Positions 20,692 through 29,941 of a DNA stretch of 64,000 nucleotides are shown in pieces. Origin of the DNA: a virus (Duplodnaviria; Caudoviricetes); IMG/VR virus record IMGVR_UViG_3300031753_000005, positions 36 to 64,035 of that record; one strand, 5' to 3'. Below the pieces are notes generated by a model. The model was not told where the DNA came from. It saw nothing but the letters and a program-made list of their open reading frames with translations, and did not search any database. The position numbers and the translations under genes were made by a program. Position 1 is the stretch's first letter; every line of letters begins with the position of its first letter.

Positions 20692-21000
20692 TGTTTCGTT
20701 GCGTAAGGCCGGAGAATTGTGTTGCCCGGACAGTATCCACCGGCAAGACAATATGTCTCCGCCACGGATGCCAGTCGATCCAGGGTCGTATTCGAACCCT
20801 CGATGGCGCGGACGGAGAACCCGAAGCCGCGCAGAGGCGCGATTGAGCCCGCAAGGGAAAGACGCGCCTCACTTTTGACGCTTCGGCGTCTTCGGCCCAA
20901 CCCGGCCGCAACGGGTCTTCGCCAGTCCTGCCTGCGTAAAGGCGGGTTTCGTGTCTCGGCGCACCGAGGCATCGGATCCACTTTTTCATAGGCAACGGAA
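20692..21000 (+). ncRNA. Highly structured scaffold-capsid intergenic RNA (candidate leader or ncRNA)
   Basis: At least six stems, including GACGC-TTCG-GCGTC, CCC-GCAA-GGG inside GAGGCGCG/CGCGCCTC, and GTGTCTCGG/CCGAGGCAT. Confidence 0.5.
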
Positions 21001-21389
21001 ATGGCTGCCACCTCATATGGCACAAACGATCCGCTGGCGGTCAAATTATGGTCGCGGCGGCTTATCGTCGAAGTTCTGAAAAATACCTGGTGCTCCCGAT
21101 TCATGGGGGAGTCCTCGGGCTCGGTCATCCAAATCAAGGATGAGACGTCCAAAGGCCCCGGCGACAAGATCACCTACGGGCTGCGCATGCAGCTCACGGG
21201 CGCAGGCGTCATCGGCGACGGGACGTTGGAGGGTCAGGAAGAGGCTCTCACCACATACAACGACTCGCTCTTCATCAACCAGCTTCGGCATTCGGTCCGG
21301 TCCGCCGGCCGCATGACGCAGCAGCGGGTGCCGTTCAACATCCGTGACGAGGCTCTCAGTGGCTTGAGGGACTGGTGGTCCGACAGGCT
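21001..21389 (+). CDS. Major capsid protein exon 1 (N4-gp56-like / DUF4043 family)
   Basis: YGTNDPLAVKLWS...KGPGDKITYGLRMQLTGAGVIGDGTLEGQEEAL...INQLRH...MTQQR motifs. Confidence 0.9.
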
Positions 21390-22236
21390 TGAAGTCAGGC
21401 CCCTCGCGGCGTAAGTCGCGAGTGACAACGAGGTGAATTGCTGGAAACCCCTAACGTAAAGTCGAGGGCAATCAGCAGCCAAGCCTTGAATTGATATGGG
21501 ATTTCTGGTAATTTGATCGAATGAGAAACGATCAGTTACCAGATGGTATGAGATACGTTTTCGCTGACGGTTCGCCAGCGAGACGATGCAAAAAATGCGG
21601 AGATTGGAAGCCGCTTTCTGAGTTCCAGATGTACGATGTGTCCCGCGGGTGGCGTCGCCACGCATGCAGAACATGCAACACGGCTCGCATCGAGGAATGG
21701 CATCGGGAACACGCAGAAGAACGGAAAGCTAAAAATAGGGCTAAGTATGCGGCCGATCCGATCGCATACTGGTCGCCTCAACGCCGGAAAAGAGCCAATG
21801 AATTGGCCAAAAAACGAGCCACGGTGCTTCGCGAGCTAGTCTTGGTCGCTTATGGGCGCCAATGCATTTGCTGCGGAGAGGCCGAGCCGAGGTTTCTGAC
21901 GATCGATCACATCGAAAACGATGGGGTCATTCAGCGGAAATCACATGGCGTTGGCGCTCATTTCTGGCGCTGGCTTATCAAGCGCGGCTTCCCCGATGGT
22001 TTCCAAGTCCTTTGCATGAACTGCAATTTTGGCAAGGCCATGAACGGTGGCATTTGCCCCCATGTCGCCAAGGAAGGTTCAACGACTATCCCGTAAGGGA
22101 GTACGGCCAAGCGGCCGGAAGTGCCTCGGACCCTACCAGCCTAGCTGGAGGGCCGTGATATAGTCTGCTCTCACGGGAAACCGTGAGCAGTCCGAACGGG
22201 CGGTCGGAAAGTAGCGATCTCCGGCGAACATCAAGG
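21390..22236 (+). mobile_element. Group I self-splicing intron (IA2-like) in the major capsid gene
   Basis: P element AATTGCTGGAAA (~21436), Q element AATCAGCAG (~21470), R element GTTCAACGACTA (~22077), S element GATATAGTC (~22157), P7.1/P7.2 hairpins, P1 with U.G pair at the splice site, terminal G. Splicing restores WWSDRL-DFSFLNQ in frame. Confidence 0.92.
21521..22096 (+). CDS. Intron-encoded HNH homing endonuclease
   Basis: CKKC...CRTC Zn finger; CICCGE...LTIDHIENDG...QVLCMNCN HNH core. Confidence 0.88.
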   Translation: MRNDQLPDGMRYVFADGSPARRCKKCGDWKPLSEFQMYDVSRGWRRHACRTCNTARIEEWHREHAEERKAKNRAKYAADPIAYWSPQRRKRANELAKKRATVLRELVLVAYGRQCICCGEAEPRFLTIDHIENDGVIQRKSHGVGAHFWRWLIKRGFPDGFQVLCMNCNFGKAMNGGICPHVAKEGSTTIP

Positions 22237-22924
22237 CGATTTCAGTTTTCTGAATCAAGTCTGCGGGAACACCGCCCAGGTCGATACGCGGTTCACCGGG
22301 CTACAGGCGACGCTGATCCCGTCCGACACGAGCCATCAGGTTTTTGTCGGGAGCACGGGCAATGCCGGCACTGACCAGTCCATCTCGACAACCGAGACGT
22401 TTACCTTGACGGTAATCGACAAGGCGGTCGAGCGGGCGCGATCAATCTCGCCGGCTATTCGGCCTGTGATGATCGGCGGGCGGGCGTTCTACGTGGCGTT
22501 CCTGCATCCCTATCAGATCACCGATCTGCGCACCAACACCAATACCGGCCAGTTCATCGACATTCAGAAAGCGGCGATGACCGGCGGCGAAGTCGAAGAC
22601 AATCCGATCTTCGACGGCAGTTTGGGTATGTACAACGGCGTGATCTTGCACGGCGATTATCGGGTCAGTCTCGGTGTCAATTCATCAACGACAACCCTCG
22701 CAGTGGCAAGCACCCGGCGAGCGGTGTTCGCTGGTGCCCAGGCTGCGGTCTGCGCTTTCGGGCGCGACAACGGGCCGGAGCGGTTTACGTGGGTCGAGGA
22801 ACTCTTCGACTACGAGAACCAGCTCGGTGTCGCGGCGGGTCTGATCTTTGGTCTCAAAAAGGCAGTGTTCAATAGTGCTGACTTCGCGGTCATCACGATG
22901 GACACCTACGCCGCAGCCCACTGA
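22237..22924 (+). CDS. Major capsid protein exon 2 (spliced product 358 aa)
   Basis: Frame open from 22238: ...IRPVMIGG..YVAFLHPYQITDLR...NPIFDGSLGMYNGVILH...WVEELFDYEN. Confidence 0.9.
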
Positions 22925-22936
22925 GGAGGTATTGCA

Positions 22937-23449
22937 ATGGCTGTTCAGACTTACACCTGCACGATTGCCAAGAACCAGGTGCCGAAAGCCTACCAGGTGG
23001 GCGATCAGTCGGTGTCCGGCTACATCATGGAGTCGGGCGGCACCAATGCCGGCATTTCCACAGTGGGCGATATCCTGATCCTGTGCAAGATTCCGCACGG
23101 GGCGAGGATCGTCGACTTCTGGGAATATCACAGCACGGGCGCCACGGCGCAGGGCCTGCAATTCGGGCTCAGCAAGGGCGTGGCGGCGAGCGGTGGTGCT
23201 GGGCTTTCATGCCTCCTGGCCTCAAGTGCGCAAGCGACCATGAACCGGTTCAACGTCACGAACTGGAAAGCGGTTGCGGGCGCCATCGGGCCGCCGGTCG
23301 TGTCAATCTCGGATGCTGATACGACCAGATTTGCGCTGTTGCAGGCGCAGATCGTCAGCGGCACGACGACGACTTCGCTCAAGGTGTGGTTCAACATCAT
23401 CTATCGGATGGATGGGCCATACGAGACGCCGTCAGGCGCCGGCACGTAA
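22937..23449 (+). CDS. Capsid decoration / cement-like protein
   Basis: GAGGAGG RBS, immediately after the capsid gene; GDILILCKIPHGARIVD motif. Confidence 0.7.
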   Translation: MAVQTYTCTIAKNQVPKAYQVGDQSVSGYIMESGGTNAGISTVGDILILCKIPHGARIVDFWEYHSTGATAQGLQFGLSKGVAASGGAGLSCLLASSAQATMNRFNVTNWKAVAGAIGPPVVSISDADTTRFALLQAQIVSGTTTTSLKVWFNIIYRMDGPYETPSGAGT

Positions 23450-23450
23450 T

Positions 23451-23513
23451 CGACAGCGGCGTCGGCTCATCAGGATCTGAGACGCTCTCCTATGGGCCGG
23501 CGCCGCAACGTCG
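23451..23513 (+). other. Long RNA hairpin after the capsid genes (stabiliser or processing site)
   Basis: 15-bp stem GCGGCGTCGGCTCAT/ATGGGCCGGCGCCGC with G.U pairs; no U-tract. Confidence 0.5.
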
Positions 23514-23528
23514 TGATGAGGTAGGTAG

Positions 23529-23765
23529 ATGAGCATAAATCGCGATGGCTCCATAACGATAGACCACCCAATTCCAGACCCAGCTGATCTCGCTGAGTGG
23601 TACAAACGACAAATCGCCAGCGCAGAAGCGGATCTTAGAAATATTATGCATATCTGCCACCCTGACGGAGATGACAGGATAGACGCAATCGCGAGACTGC
23701 GGGCGGCATGGCTTTTTGCGTCTAAAATACTGGATGAGTTCGGCGGCATCACCGGGGAGTCTTAA
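23529..23765 (+). CDS. Small hypothetical protein (moron)
   Basis: GAGGT RBS. Confidence 0.5.
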   Translation: MSINRDGSITIDHPIPDPADLAEWYKRQIASAEADLRNIMHICHPDGDDRIDAIARLRAAWLFASKILDEFGGITGES

Positions 23766-23986
23766 TATGCGTGCTCATGAACCCATGGGTCATAATTTAT
23801 TTTAGTTATACCAGGAAGGCGCTTTTCTGAGAGAACTGCAAAAATTCCCAAGATACTATTCGTTGATTGATACCACTGGAGCCACACCGTTATCAGTTTT
23901 CCTTTCTCATCAAAGCCCACTCGCGTTGGCGTAAGCGCAAACACCCAGTGCCATTTTCGTGATTTATCTTTCTCTACAAAGATCAT
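23762..23986 (-). CDS. Antisense low-GC small protein (WHWVFALTP...VWLQW family)
   Basis: Recurrent phage motif; convergent overlap. Confidence 0.55.
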   Translation of the reverse strand: MIFVEKDKSRKWHWVFALTPTRVGFDEKGKLITVWLQWYQSTNSILGIFAVLSEKRLPGITKINYDPWVHEHAY

Positions 23987-24060
23987 TCTAGCCTCTCTAC
24001 CCAATCCTATAGGAACGCCTTGATACACCCCATTCGCGCAACTCACAAGGAGATGACTCA

Positions 24061-24333
24061 ATGTCCGCATCCCGCCGCCGCCCAGCGAGCGACGAACCCA
24101 AAGAGATTGCCTCAGCCGAAGAGCCGATACCTGAGCCGGTGATCGTGCCACACCCGACGCATGGCTTTGTCGGCGGCAAGGGACCACTGCGCCCCTGGCA
24201 GCCCGTGCGTCTCGGCCCTGTCGTGGTGGAGGCGCCAAAGGAGGAAGGCGCGGGCGGCGTGGCCAATCTTTCGGAATCCGCCCAGACGGAAATCCGCCAG
24301 GCGCATGAGGCCGAGCGAAAGGACTCTGAATAA
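24061..24333 (+). CDS. Small protein with GGVANLSExAQ module
   Basis: AAGGAG RBS; module shared with 44936-45178. Confidence 0.6.
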   Translation: MSASRRRPASDEPKEIASAEEPIPEPVIVPHPTHGFVGGKGPLRPWQPVRLGPVVVEAPKEEGAGGVANLSESAQTEIRQAHEAERKDSE

Positions 24334-24533
24334 TGACCATATATAACGGCATCAAGATCACGATGGAGTGTTTCGGGACCGGAACCAACCCGTGGACCGC
24401 AACGATCGATTTAGGGCCTAACGCTCGCGCAGGGGGCGGGATTCAAGGCCCCCAGACGGTCCTGACGGCAACGACATTATCGGCTCTCTGCACGGCAATT
24501 CAAGTCGTTACCGTGGCATCTGGCGTTACATAA
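24333..24533 (+). CDS. Small Thr/Gly-rich protein, probably virion-associated
   Basis: TAATG coupling. Confidence 0.55.
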   Translation: MTIYNGIKITMECFGTGTNPWTATIDLGPNARAGGGIQGPQTVLTATTLSALCTAIQVVTVASGVT

Positions 24534-24542
24534 GGATCCCGA

Positions 24543-25157
24543 ATGATGTGGAAATGGATTCGCCGGCTCGCTGTCTTATACATCATCTGGGAGGTTTTCT
24601 TATCCCCCGGCACTGGACTGATTCAGACGCATGCGCAGAGCGCTTGCACTATCGCGGGCAACCCTGGGGGGCAGCTTGGCACGCAGGGCACGTCGCTTGG
24701 CACAATGACCAATGAGCAGGTGGAGATTGAGGGCGGATGCATCGACAGCACGCCCATCGGTCAGAATACGCCCGCTGCAGGCTCGTTTACGACCGAGACC
24801 ACCACCGGCAATCAGACTGCGACCGGCGCGCTCAACACATTCGGCACCTCGACCAGCGCACCCGCGCACATCGGCAGTGCCCAAACTACCGCACCCGTGC
24901 CCACATCCTGCGGCACAGGCTCGCCATCGGTCGCCGGCAGTGATACCGCTGGCATCATCACGATGGGGACCAGCGCCACGGGCTGCATCGTCACGTTTAA
25001 CAGGGCCTACACTGGCACGCCGATCTGCTCGGTTGATTGGCAAACCAATCTTGCATCGATGGTGTTTACCGTTTCGCCGTCAGCGATCACACTGACGCAG
25101 ACCTCCGCCAGCGGCAATCTGGTGGATTATTTCTGTGTCGCGCCGGCCGGAGGCTGA
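24543..25157 (+). CDS. Signal-peptide-bearing Thr/Ser-rich fibre-like protein
   Basis: Basic-hydrophobic N-terminus ending THA-QS; C-terminal TSCGT..GSDTAG..C.VTF..Y...PIC domain; 6 Cys. Confidence 0.7.
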   Translation: MMWKWIRRLAVLYIIWEVFLSPGTGLIQTHAQSACTIAGNPGGQLGTQGTSLGTMTNEQVEIEGGCIDSTPIGQNTPAAGSFTTETTTGNQTATGALNTFGTSTSAPAHIGSAQTTAPVPTSCGTGSPSVAGSDTAGIITMGTSATGCIVTFNRAYTGTPICSVDWQTNLASMVFTVSPSAITLTQTSASGNLVDYFCVAPAGG

Positions 25158-25160
25158 TTA

Positions 25161-26570
25161 GTGGCGCGTCACAACGACCCGATCAACGAAGCGCAAGCGC
25201 TCATCGTCAAGGGCGATCCTGACAGCGCCGTTAGGATTCTGGCCGACTTTCTCAACACAGAGTTCTTTCACCCTAATGCCCTATTCCTGATTGGCTCATG
25301 CCTTCTGGGCAAGGGCCTTAACGGGTTTGCCGCAGCTCTGCTTTCCGCTGCGGTCGACGCGCGGGCGGCGAAAGATGAGACCTTCCCCGAGGCGATGATG
25401 AACCTCGGCTCGTGCTACAAATCCGAGCATCGGAACGAGGTTGCACGCCAGATCTATCTCGATGCCTTGAAGGTCGAAACCTTGCCGCGGGAACGGTCCA
25501 AAATCCTCGCGAACGTCAGCGGTCTCTACGTGAACGAGGGGCAGGCGCCGACTGCGATCGACTGGTGCGATCAGGCGCTGAGGGAGGATCCCTATAACGC
25601 CGGGGCCAAGGCAAACCGCGGCATGGCATGCCTCGAGCTCGGCCGCTGGCGCGAGGGCTGGGAGGGTTTCTACGCGACCTATGCGAGCGGCGACCGCTCG
25701 CGGCGCGTCTACGTGCCAAACGGGCATGCGAAGCCGCTTCCCGAATGGGAGGGCGAGGCTGGTCAGACGGTAATCGTGTTTGGTGACCAGGGTGTCGGCG
25801 ACGAGATCTATTTCGCCAACAGCCTCCCCGACATGATCGCGCGCTGCAAGAAGGTGATCCTCGATTGCCATCCCCGGCTCGAAAAAACCTTCGCGAAGTC
25901 GTTTCCGGAGGTCGAGGTCCATGGGACGCGGAAGGATCTCTCCGAGCTCGAATGGGTGCCCGAATGTGGCGCGGAATTCGCGATCGGGCTCTCCGATCTG
26001 CATCGGTTTTTCCGCAACTCGGATAAGGAATGGTGCGGCGCACCATATATCTCGGCTGGGGGCATTGTAATTAACGCCACATCGCGGCCGCCAAATTGGC
26101 CGCCACAGCGCATCGGCATCTCATGGACCGGCGGGGTGAAGCGGACGCGACAGGAGCTGCGCAGCGTCAGGCTCGCCGCGTTTCAACCGATAATCGAGTC
26201 GCTTCCCGGTGCACAATGGTTTTCGTTGCAGTACACCGATAACGCGGCCCGCGAGGTCTGCGAGTTCGAGGAAGCGACCGGGCTGCGCGTCGCGCATTTC
26301 CCGGGCAAGGTCGAGTGCTTCGATTACGACGAGACTGTCAATTTCATCGCTTCGATGGATCTCGTCATCACCGTCTGCACGACGGTTCACCATGTCGCCG
26401 GCGCGCTCGGCGTGCCGTGCTGGACGCTGGTGCCCAAGCAGGCCTCGTGGCGCTACAGCGGCATCGGCGAGCGACTTCCTTGGTATGATAGCGTTCGCTG
26501 CTTCCGGCAGACCGAGGACGGCGACTGGTGTGGACCGGTCGGCCGGATTGTTGAGGAGCTGAAGAAATAG
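25161..26570 (+). CDS. TPR-repeat + GT-B (GT9-like) glycosyltransferase
   Basis: N-terminal TPRs; W.GE...VFGDQGVGDEI, RIGISWTGG, SLQY, MDLVITVCTTVHHVAGALGVP, PWYDSVR motifs. Confidence 0.85.
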   Translation: MARHNDPINEAQALIVKGDPDSAVRILADFLNTEFFHPNALFLIGSCLLGKGLNGFAAALLSAAVDARAAKDETFPEAMMNLGSCYKSEHRNEVARQIYLDALKVETLPRERSKILANVSGLYVNEGQAPTAIDWCDQALREDPYNAGAKANRGMACLELGRWREGWEGFYATYASGDRSRRVYVPNGHAKPLPEWEGEAGQTVIVFGDQGVGDEIYFANSLPDMIARCKKVILDCHPRLEKTFAKSFPEVEVHGTRKDLSELEWVPECGAEFAIGLSDLHRFFRNSDKEWCGAPYISAGGIVINATSRPPNWPPQRIGISWTGGVKRTRQELRSVRLAAFQPIIESLPGAQWFSLQYTDNAAREVCEFEEATGLRVAHFPGKVECFDYDETVNFIASMDLVITVCTTVHHVAGALGVPCWTLVPKQASWRYSGIGERLPWYDSVRCFRQTEDGDWCGPVGRIVEELKK

Positions 26571-26897
26571 ATGGCACACCCGCAACTTCTCGCGATCACG
26601 AACACGGCCGTTCTGATTTCCAAGGTGCCGTGCCGCGTCAAGGCGATTTACGCTTTCAATGCGGCGAACGCCTCCGGGTTTTTGCAGTTATTCAACACGA
26701 ACGCCGCCGCGAATGTGACGCTCGGCACCACCGGGCCGGACGGCAGCTATGGAACGGCGACGCTAACCCCGATTTATCCGGATCTCGGCGAGGGGCTCGA
26801 TTTCCCCGGAGGGTTAGTCGCGGCCTGTACCACGACCTACAACGGCGCGGCTGCTCTATCGGCGAGCATGATCGTCAACTTTGTGATCGGTCCCTAA
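26571..26897 (+). CDS. Small beta-sandwich virion protein
   Basis: FN....FLQLFN...VTLGTT.PD...G..F..G pattern; paralogous to the next gene. Confidence 0.65.
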   Translation: MAHPQLLAITNTAVLISKVPCRVKAIYAFNAANASGFLQLFNTNAAANVTLGTTGPDGSYGTATLTPIYPDLGEGLDFPGGLVAACTTTYNGAAALSASMIVNFVIGP

Positions 26898-26898
26898 A

Positions 26899-27225
26899 AT
26901 GGCACGCGTCGGAATACAAGGCGGCCTTCTCGCTACGCCAGTGCAGGTCGCTCTGCAGAAGGCCAGATTAACCCATATGTGGGTTTTCAACCCCAGCAAT
27001 GCCGTCGCCTATGTGCAGATTTTCAATGCCCTGGCGGCCAAAGTGGTCGCGGGCACGACTGCGCCCGACATGAGTATCGGCCTCAATACCCTGATTTCGA
27101 CGTCGGTGCCACTAGGTACGGAAGGCCCCTATTTCGGCGGGGGCATCACGGCGATAGCGACTACCACTTACAACGGCAGCACGCCGCCAAACGTCGGCCT
27201 TCAGGTGCAGTTCGGGGTGGAATGA
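26899..27225 (+). CDS. Small beta-sandwich virion protein (paralogue of 26571-26897)
   Basis: FN....YVQIFN...VVAGTT.PD...TTTYNG shared with the previous gene. Confidence 0.65.
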   Translation: MARVGIQGGLLATPVQVALQKARLTHMWVFNPSNAVAYVQIFNALAAKVVAGTTAPDMSIGLNTLISTSVPLGTEGPYFGGGITAIATTTYNGSTPPNVGLQVQFGVE

Positions 27226-27737
27226 TGCTGATCAGCGAAGCGTACCGCGCGCAGCTTGCCGAAAAGCATCGCAAGTCCGCGACATTCGGCAATTCGGGTG
27301 CCGATTGGGCCGCCTTCGCCCACGATATGTGCCTCGCGAACGGTCTGCGTAGCGTTCTCGACTACGGGTGCGGGCAAGGGACGCTGCTCCTCGCGCTCCC
27401 CGAAAAGCGCCATTACACGGTTGCGGAATATGATCCTGCCATTCCCGGCAAGGATGGGCCGCCCGAGCCGGCCGACCTCGTAGTTTGCGGCGACGTGCTC
27501 GAGCATATCGAACCGGAATGCCTTGAGGAAGTGCTCGACGATCTGCGGCGGCTCTCGCTGAGAATGGCGCTGCTCGTCGTCGCCACAAAGCCGGCCCTGA
27601 AGCATCTGCCGGACGGGCGCAACACCCATCTGATCGTCGAGCCTGTGTGGTGGTGGCTGCCAAAGATCGCCTGTCGGTGGGTGATCAAGCACTTTCAGGG
27701 CAGCATGGGCGGATTTGTCGTGACGTGCAAAATATGA
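27222..27737 (+). CDS. Class I SAM-dependent methyltransferase
   Basis: VLDYGCGQG motif I; YDPAIP; DLVVCGDVLEHIEP. Confidence 0.88.
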   Translation: MMLISEAYRAQLAEKHRKSATFGNSGADWAAFAHDMCLANGLRSVLDYGCGQGTLLLALPEKRHYTVAEYDPAIPGKDGPPEPADLVVCGDVLEHIEPECLEEVLDDLRRLSLRMALLVVATKPALKHLPDGRNTHLIVEPVWWWLPKIACRWVIKHFQGSMGGFVVTCKI

Positions 27738-27752
27738 TTCGTATGGTCATTT

Positions 27753-27965
27753 TCATCCAGCGTTCCAAAAATCGTCGGCCTTTTTCCATATCGTCACACA
27801 ACAGATCCACCAGCCATCATCTTCATGTCGAATACGGAATTCCGGCTGTCCGCGTCCCGATGGCCGCTGTTTGAACGCATCCAAAATCCTTTGCCATGCC
27901 ACTTCGTCTGAGAATGGACCGAACCATCCCTCTCGTGGGCGCGCCATTTGCTCATTTCTCCTCAA
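27753..27965 (-). CDS. Antisense small Trp-rich protein
   Basis: GAGGAG RBS; ORF fills the gap. Confidence 0.5.
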   Translation of the reverse strand: MRRNEQMARPREGWFGPFSDEVAWQRILDAFKQRPSGRGQPEFRIRHEDDGWWICCVTIWKKADDFWNAG

Positions 27966-27984
27966 TTTTCGGCCATCCTATAGT

Positions 27985-28128
27985 ATGACGACCCGCGCCG
28001 TCATCGCGATTTTCATGCTGCTCGCGCTTCAGGGATGCGGGTTTGTCGGCATGACGGCGGCCGGGGCAATCGGCACCGTATTGGGTAATTTGGCTTCAGA
28101 CAAAATCGAAGGTAAAGCGTGCCCATGA
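27985..28128 (+). CDS. Small putative lipoprotein
   Basis: MTTRAVIAIFMLLALQG-C lipobox-like sequence. Confidence 0.5.
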   Translation: MTTRAVIAIFMLLALQGCGFVGMTAAGAIGTVLGNLASDKIEGKACP

Positions 28129-28433
28129 GAAAGACGTTCCGCGGTCTCTGCATTGGCGGTCCGCATGATGGGAAGATGATCGAGGAATCTGTGCCCTTTC
28201 ATCGAGCGATCGCGCGAATACCTATTCCGATATCATCTTTTCTTAACAACGATCCTGGCAGTGTCGTCGACGCGCCCTATGTCGATTACGTATTCGAGCG
28301 TTTGCGTTCTGCTCCAACAAAAGATGACCCGGGCGGTGAATTCGGGCTCTGGCGGCGCACTGATCAGAATATGACGGATATGATGGCCCAGCTAATTACG
28401 GGCTACCATCCCGCCATTGTAGATCGATCATGA
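28119..28433 (+). CDS. Hypothetical protein (IGGPHDGK motif)
   Basis: Recurrent phage GGP.DG motif. Confidence 0.6.
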   Translation: MPMRKTFRGLCIGGPHDGKMIEESVPFHRAIARIPIPISSFLNNDPGSVVDAPYVDYVFERLRSAPTKDDPGGEFGLWRRTDQNMTDMMAQLITGYHPAIVDRS

Positions 28434-29224
28434 GCGAAGCGCTTTCTGTCTTCATCGGCTATGACCAGCGCCAGGATGCGGCCTATCGGGTATGCCGGAA
28501 TTCGATCCTGCGGCGCTGCTCGCGCGATGTGCATATCGTCAAGCTGGCGCAAGAGCCATTGCGCGCCGCCGGGCTCTATTCCCGAGAATGGCGCGATGTC
28601 AATGGGCAGTGGATCGACTGCACTGACGGCAAGCCGTTTTCTACCGAATTCACTTTTACGCGGTTTCTTGTCCCGCTCCTGGCACTTCGGCAAGGCTGGG
28701 CACTCTTTTGCGACTGCGACTTTCTTTTTACCGCAGATCTCGCCTGCCTATTCGATCTCGCTGATGACCGATATGCCGTTATGGTGGTCAAGCACGAACA
28801 TAAGCCGCGCGAAAAAACCAAGATGACCGGCGCAGCGCAGACGTCATATCGCCGGAAAAATTGGTCGTCGCTGGTGCTGTGGAATTGCGAGCATGCGGGC
28901 AACAGAGCGGTGACGACATGGGGAGTCAACCATCTGGCCGGGCATTTCCTGCACGCGTTTAGTTGGCTCGGCGAGGCCGAGATCGGTGCCCTTCCGGCGA
29001 CATGGAACCATCTGAGCGGCGTCGGTCCGGCGTGGAAAGACGAAGATCCGCCATGCGGCATCCATTACACCTTGGGTACGGCCGATATGCCCGGCCACGA
29101 GGCGGCGCCGTTCGCCGATCTCTGGCTCGCCGAACGCGATAGTCGCCGCGGCCTCAACGGGCCGACCATGATGGAGCGCGCGCGGGCGCTCGATGCCAAG
29201 AAGGCAATAGCCGCGCATCCCTGA
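28430..29224 (+). CDS. GT-A glycosyltransferase (GT8/CDI-like)
   Basis: VFIGYD, STEFTFTRFLVP, FCDCDFL (DxD), RKNWSS, WNHL and HYTLG motifs. Confidence 0.88.
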   Translation: MSEALSVFIGYDQRQDAAYRVCRNSILRRCSRDVHIVKLAQEPLRAAGLYSREWRDVNGQWIDCTDGKPFSTEFTFTRFLVPLLALRQGWALFCDCDFLFTADLACLFDLADDRYAVMVVKHEHKPREKTKMTGAAQTSYRRKNWSSLVLWNCEHAGNRAVTTWGVNHLAGHFLHAFSWLGEAEIGALPATWNHLSGVGPAWKDEDPPCGIHYTLGTADMPGHEAAPFADLWLAERDSRRGLNGPTMMERARALDAKKAIAAHP

Positions 29225-29242
29225 GACAGAAAGGACATTCTC

Positions 29243-29698
29243 ATGGCTCTTCCAGCATCCCGCAGAGCAAACCGCGGCACCCGCGGCGGCTTGGCGGCCG
29301 GTTACGAGGGGGGTGCCGGCGGCACGCCTGGCGGCTCCGAGCACGATTACAGCGACGATCGGATCCGGGCTCGCGGGCGCGCCCCTGGCACCGCCAATCA
29401 TCAAACGATGGGCTCGCCGGCGAGTGTCGGCGCATCAAAAGGCCGCGGCCCCATCGCGGGTGCCGGCGAACAGCAATATGGTACGCACGGTGATCCGGGC
29501 CGGGCGGCGCGGGGCTATGCCGGCATGCCATCGGGCGCCTATCCCTCGCGCAAGACGCCCACTGCGGACGTCGGCAAGATCAGCGTCTACGAGTCCGGCA
29601 ACCCGCCGCCACGTGGATACAGCCAGGGCGGCGGCGGAATGCGTAGCGGCGCTTCCAGCGGGCGCATCGGGCGGACGAAGGCGAGCTCGACTTACTAA
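29243..29698 (+). CDS. Basic Gly/Arg-rich disordered protein
   Basis: AAGGA RBS; low complexity. Confidence 0.55.
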   Translation: MALPASRRANRGTRGGLAAGYEGGAGGTPGGSEHDYSDDRIRARGRAPGTANHQTMGSPASVGASKGRGPIAGAGEQQYGTHGDPGRAARGYAGMPSGAYPSRKTPTADVGKISVYESGNPPPRGYSQGGGGMRSGASSGRIGRTKASSTY

Positions 29699-29699
29699 G

Positions 29700-29900
29700 A
29701 TGCGGCGCCGGGAGGCCTACGCGGAAGTGGCGGCGCGCGAAGCGCCGCCGACCGCGCCGATCAGGGTCATCTGGAGCGAGCCGCCGCTTGCCAAGCCTGG
29801 GCACTGCCCACGCTGCGGCCAGCATTTCGGGCGCAAGCTCCGGGAGCACGCGCTGACGTGCCCACAGCCGCCGGGGCACATCTTCAGACCCCAGAGGTAA
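29700..29900 (+). CDS. Small Zn-finger protein
   Basis: CPRCG...H...C motif. Confidence 0.5.
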   Translation: MRRREAYAEVAAREAPPTAPIRVIWSEPPLAKPGHCPRCGQHFGRKLREHALTCPQPPGHIFRPQR

Positions 29901-29941
29901 GATAGCGTCGACCGCCGCGATCCACCGCCGCGCGACCCGCG

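Noticed and set aside
21001-21414. 137-aa ORF and 22406-22924 as separate genes or a capsid pseudogene
   Set aside because: Better explained as exons joined in frame by the group I intron.
23451-23513. Hairpin as an intrinsic terminator
   Set aside because: No U-tract follows on either strand; kept only as a generic stem.
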